Source of the DNA: a virus
Lineage: Duplodnaviria; Caudoviricetes
IMG/VR virus record: IMGVR_UViG_3300038675_000275
Location: 1 to 37,818 of that record
Reading direction: 5' to 3' (one strand)
Length of the DNA stretch: 37,818 nt
The notes beneath the pieces are model-generated. The model saw nothing but the letters and a program-made list of their open reading frames with translations. It was not told where the DNA came from and made no database searches. The translations under genes were made by a program, and so were the position numbers. This document shows, in pieces, positions 35,951 through 37,818 of the stretch. Positions within the stretch are counted from its first letter, which is position 1. The number at the start of each line of letters is the position of its first letter.

Positions 35951-36549
35951 TGGCAACATACACAAAGGCTAAAATCTTTAATATGGCTTTAAAAAATTTG
36001 GGGGTATCTGTCGGCGTTCAAGGTGCAAACCAATCTGACAGAAACACTGTTGTATTGAATGAGTTTTACGAAGCTGCAAAAGAAAAAACCCTGAAGGATT
36101 ATGACTGGAGTTTTGCAAGTGCGTTCAGAGAATTAACGCCAACCGGTAAAACTCCTTTGAATCCTAAATATTCTTATGAGTACGATTACCCTAATGACTG
36201 TGTATTCGTGCGTGAGATTGTAACAACAAGCGAAACTCCTATAAGTTTTCAACGTGCTACAAACTCAACAGGGCAACAAGTGATTTTAACAAACGAATCA
36301 CCGGCAACAATTCGCTACACTCGCTCAATGGAAAATCAGGAAACTTTCTACCCTCCTGAATTTGCTATGGCTTTTTCTTGGTTTTTAGCTTTTCTTGCTG
36401 CTTCATCTATCACCGGAGCGAGAGTGCAAAAAAGTGATTGTTTGCAAATCTATAAACAAATGCTTAAAGAGGGCAGAGTAACAGACGCAAACGAAGGCTA
36501 CGAAACTAACGCAGAAGAAACTACCGACTGGTACGAGGCTAGGGGATAA
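35950..36549 (+). CDS. Tail tubular protein A / adaptor
   Basis: IFNMALKNLG, DWSFA, YEYDYPNDC and IRYT...F..AFSWFLA motifs. Confidence 0.85.
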   Translation: MATYTKAKIFNMALKNLGVSVGVQGANQSDRNTVVLNEFYEAAKEKTLKDYDWSFASAFRELTPTGKTPLNPKYSYEYDYPNDCVFVREIVTTSETPISFQRATNSTGQQVILTNESPATIRYTRSMENQETFYPPEFAMAFSWFLAFLAASSITGARVQKSDCLQIYKQMLKEGRVTDANEGYETNAEETTDWYEARG

Positions 36550-37818
36550 TGACAAGAATCACTCAAAGATCTTTTACAGGGGGCGAATTAAGCCCCTCTT
36601 TATATGCAAGAAATGACTTATCAAAGTACGAATACGGGTTAAAATCTCTAAAAAACGGCTTTGTAAGAACTGAAGGCTGCGTATCTAATAGAGCAGGGCT
36701 TGAACTTGTTTGCGAAGTAAAAGACAGTAGCAAAAAAACAAGGATCATCCCTTTTGCTTTTAATACTGAACAGACTTATATTATTGAACTTGGCGACCAA
36801 TACGCAAGATATGTAAAAAATGGCGGGCAAATAATTTATCCTGACGACTTCGGGGCAAATTCGGGCGAAGATCCGGCACTTGCAGGACAAGTGGTGGAAA
36901 CAGTAACGCCATTTATAACAAACGATTTATTTATGCTCAAATATGCCCAAAACGCAGATGTATTAACTATTTGCAATAAAGGCTATAAGCCACGTGAATT
37001 ATCAAGAAGCGATCACCACTTATGGAGTTTAGGTGAAATTGCCGTAGAGCCTCAAATTACTGCTCCTACGAATGTTGTTGCTACTTGGACTGGTGGAGAC
37101 ACTAACACAACAACTTTTAAATATTTAGTAACAGCAGTAAAAGAAGAAACCTATGAAGAAAGCGACAGATCTTCTGAAGCAAGCGTAGTAGGTCATTTAG
37201 AAAGTTATTGGACTGCTTCTGAATATATTACTTTAAATTGGACTGCCGTTGAAGGTGCAGCAGAATACAACATTTACAGAAGCGTAAATGGTATTTTTGG
37301 CTTTGTTGGATCTTCTACAACTAACAGTTTTACAGATAATAAGATCGAACCTGATTTAACTTCAACAGCACCAATAGCAAAAAATCCTTTTGACGACAAT
37401 AATAATCCTTCTTGTGTTAATTATTTCCAACAAAGGAAGGTTTTTGGCTGCCTTGCTAACGCTCCACAAGCCTTAGCAGCTTCGCAGACTGGAACAGATA
37501 ATAACTTTAACATAACACGCCCTTTGAGTGCTTCAGATTCAATCACAATTAAGCTATCAGAAAGGGAAGTAAACGAGATTAGACACTTAATAGGTATGAA
37601 TGATCTTCTTGTATTTACTTCGGGTGCAGAATGGAAGGTGAACGGGCAAGACGGTTCTTTTTCTGCTTCCCCTACACCTCTTGCAAAACCACAAAGTTTT
37701 TATGGTTGCTCACATATTCAGCCGGTTGTTTCAGGAAATATGATTTTATTCGTACAGGCTGGCGGTTCAGTTGTAAGAGATTTAGGCTATGAATATGTTT
37801 CAGATTCTTATAACGGTG
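36549..37818 (+). CDS. Tail tubular protein B / nozzle, N-terminal part (runs off the end and continues at nt 1)
   Basis: ATG at 36549 gives MTRITQRSFTGGELSPSLYARND, with no stop seen to the window end. Missing from the ORF track because it has no stop. About 700 aa when joined. Confidence 0.85.
   Translation, partial: MTRITQRSFTGGELSPSLYARNDLSKYEYGLKSLKNGFVRTEGCVSNRAGLELVCEVKDSSKKTRIIPFAFNTEQTYIIELGDQYARYVKNGGQIIYPDDFGANSGEDPALAGQVVETVTPFITNDLFMLKYAQNADVLTICNKGYKPRELSRSDHHLWSLGEIAVEPQITAPTNVVATWTGGDTNTTTFKYLVTAVKEETYEESDRSSEASVVGHLESYWTASEYITLNWTAVEGAAEYNIYRSVNGIFGFVGSSTTNSFTDNKIEPDLTSTAPIAKNPFDDNNNPSCVNYFQQRKVFGCLANAPQALAASQTGTDNNFNITRPLSASDSITIKLSEREVNEIRHLIGMNDLLVFTSGAEWKVNGQDGSFSASPTPLAKPQSFYGCSHIQPVVSGNMILFVQAGGSVVRDLGYEYVSDSYNG

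Larger units (their letters stand above)
1..37818. mobile_element. Complete, circularly permuted podophage genome (BPP-1-like virion module) carrying a DGR
   Basis: Packaging, head, tail, lysis, replication, recombination, immunity and integrase genes are all present, with no evident host flanks. ACGGTG occurs at both 1-6 and 37813-37818, and one ORF reads across the junction. Confidence 0.9.

Noticed and set aside
1-37818. Second VR, tRNA genes, apparent GATC enrichment, host assignment
   Set aside because: No second TR-like copy or tRNA was seen by eye. GATC bias needs a k-mer count, and the host needs spacer or homology searches that I could not run.

Overview
The window looks like a complete, circularly permuted ~37.8 kb genome of a temperate-type podophage with BPP-1/T7-like virion architecture. 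The last 6 nt repeat the first 6 nt, and the tail nozzle ORF reads through that junction. Late genes on + (29124 to the end, then 1-15508): terminases, portal, scaffold, capsid, cement, tail tubular A/B, ejection proteins, receptor-binding protein and lysis genes. Early genes on - (25971-15618): RHH Cro-like regulator, YqaJ/RecT, O-like initiator, DnaC-like ATPase, HD protein and serine integrase. A CI repressor operon with two cargo genes follows at 26092-27696. The clearest special system is a very compact diversity-generating retroelement (DGR): target/VR, hairpin, TR, structured spacer and RT. It has no recognisable avd and instead has a non-Avd 107-aa gene overlapping the RT stop. By manual alignment, 14 of 17 TR adenines differ in VR, and the 4 other mismatches are all at TR cytosines. 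Other oddities: a secreted protein in the repressor operon carries the FWxQFE motif found twice at the N-terminus of the giant ejection protein (possible mimicry-based superinfection exclusion); the integrase has its catalytic Ser replaced by Phe and is truncated; a second iteron-like cluster lies outside the initiator gene; and there is a perfect 248-bp duplication. All calls come from reading motifs and synteny by eye. No searches were run.
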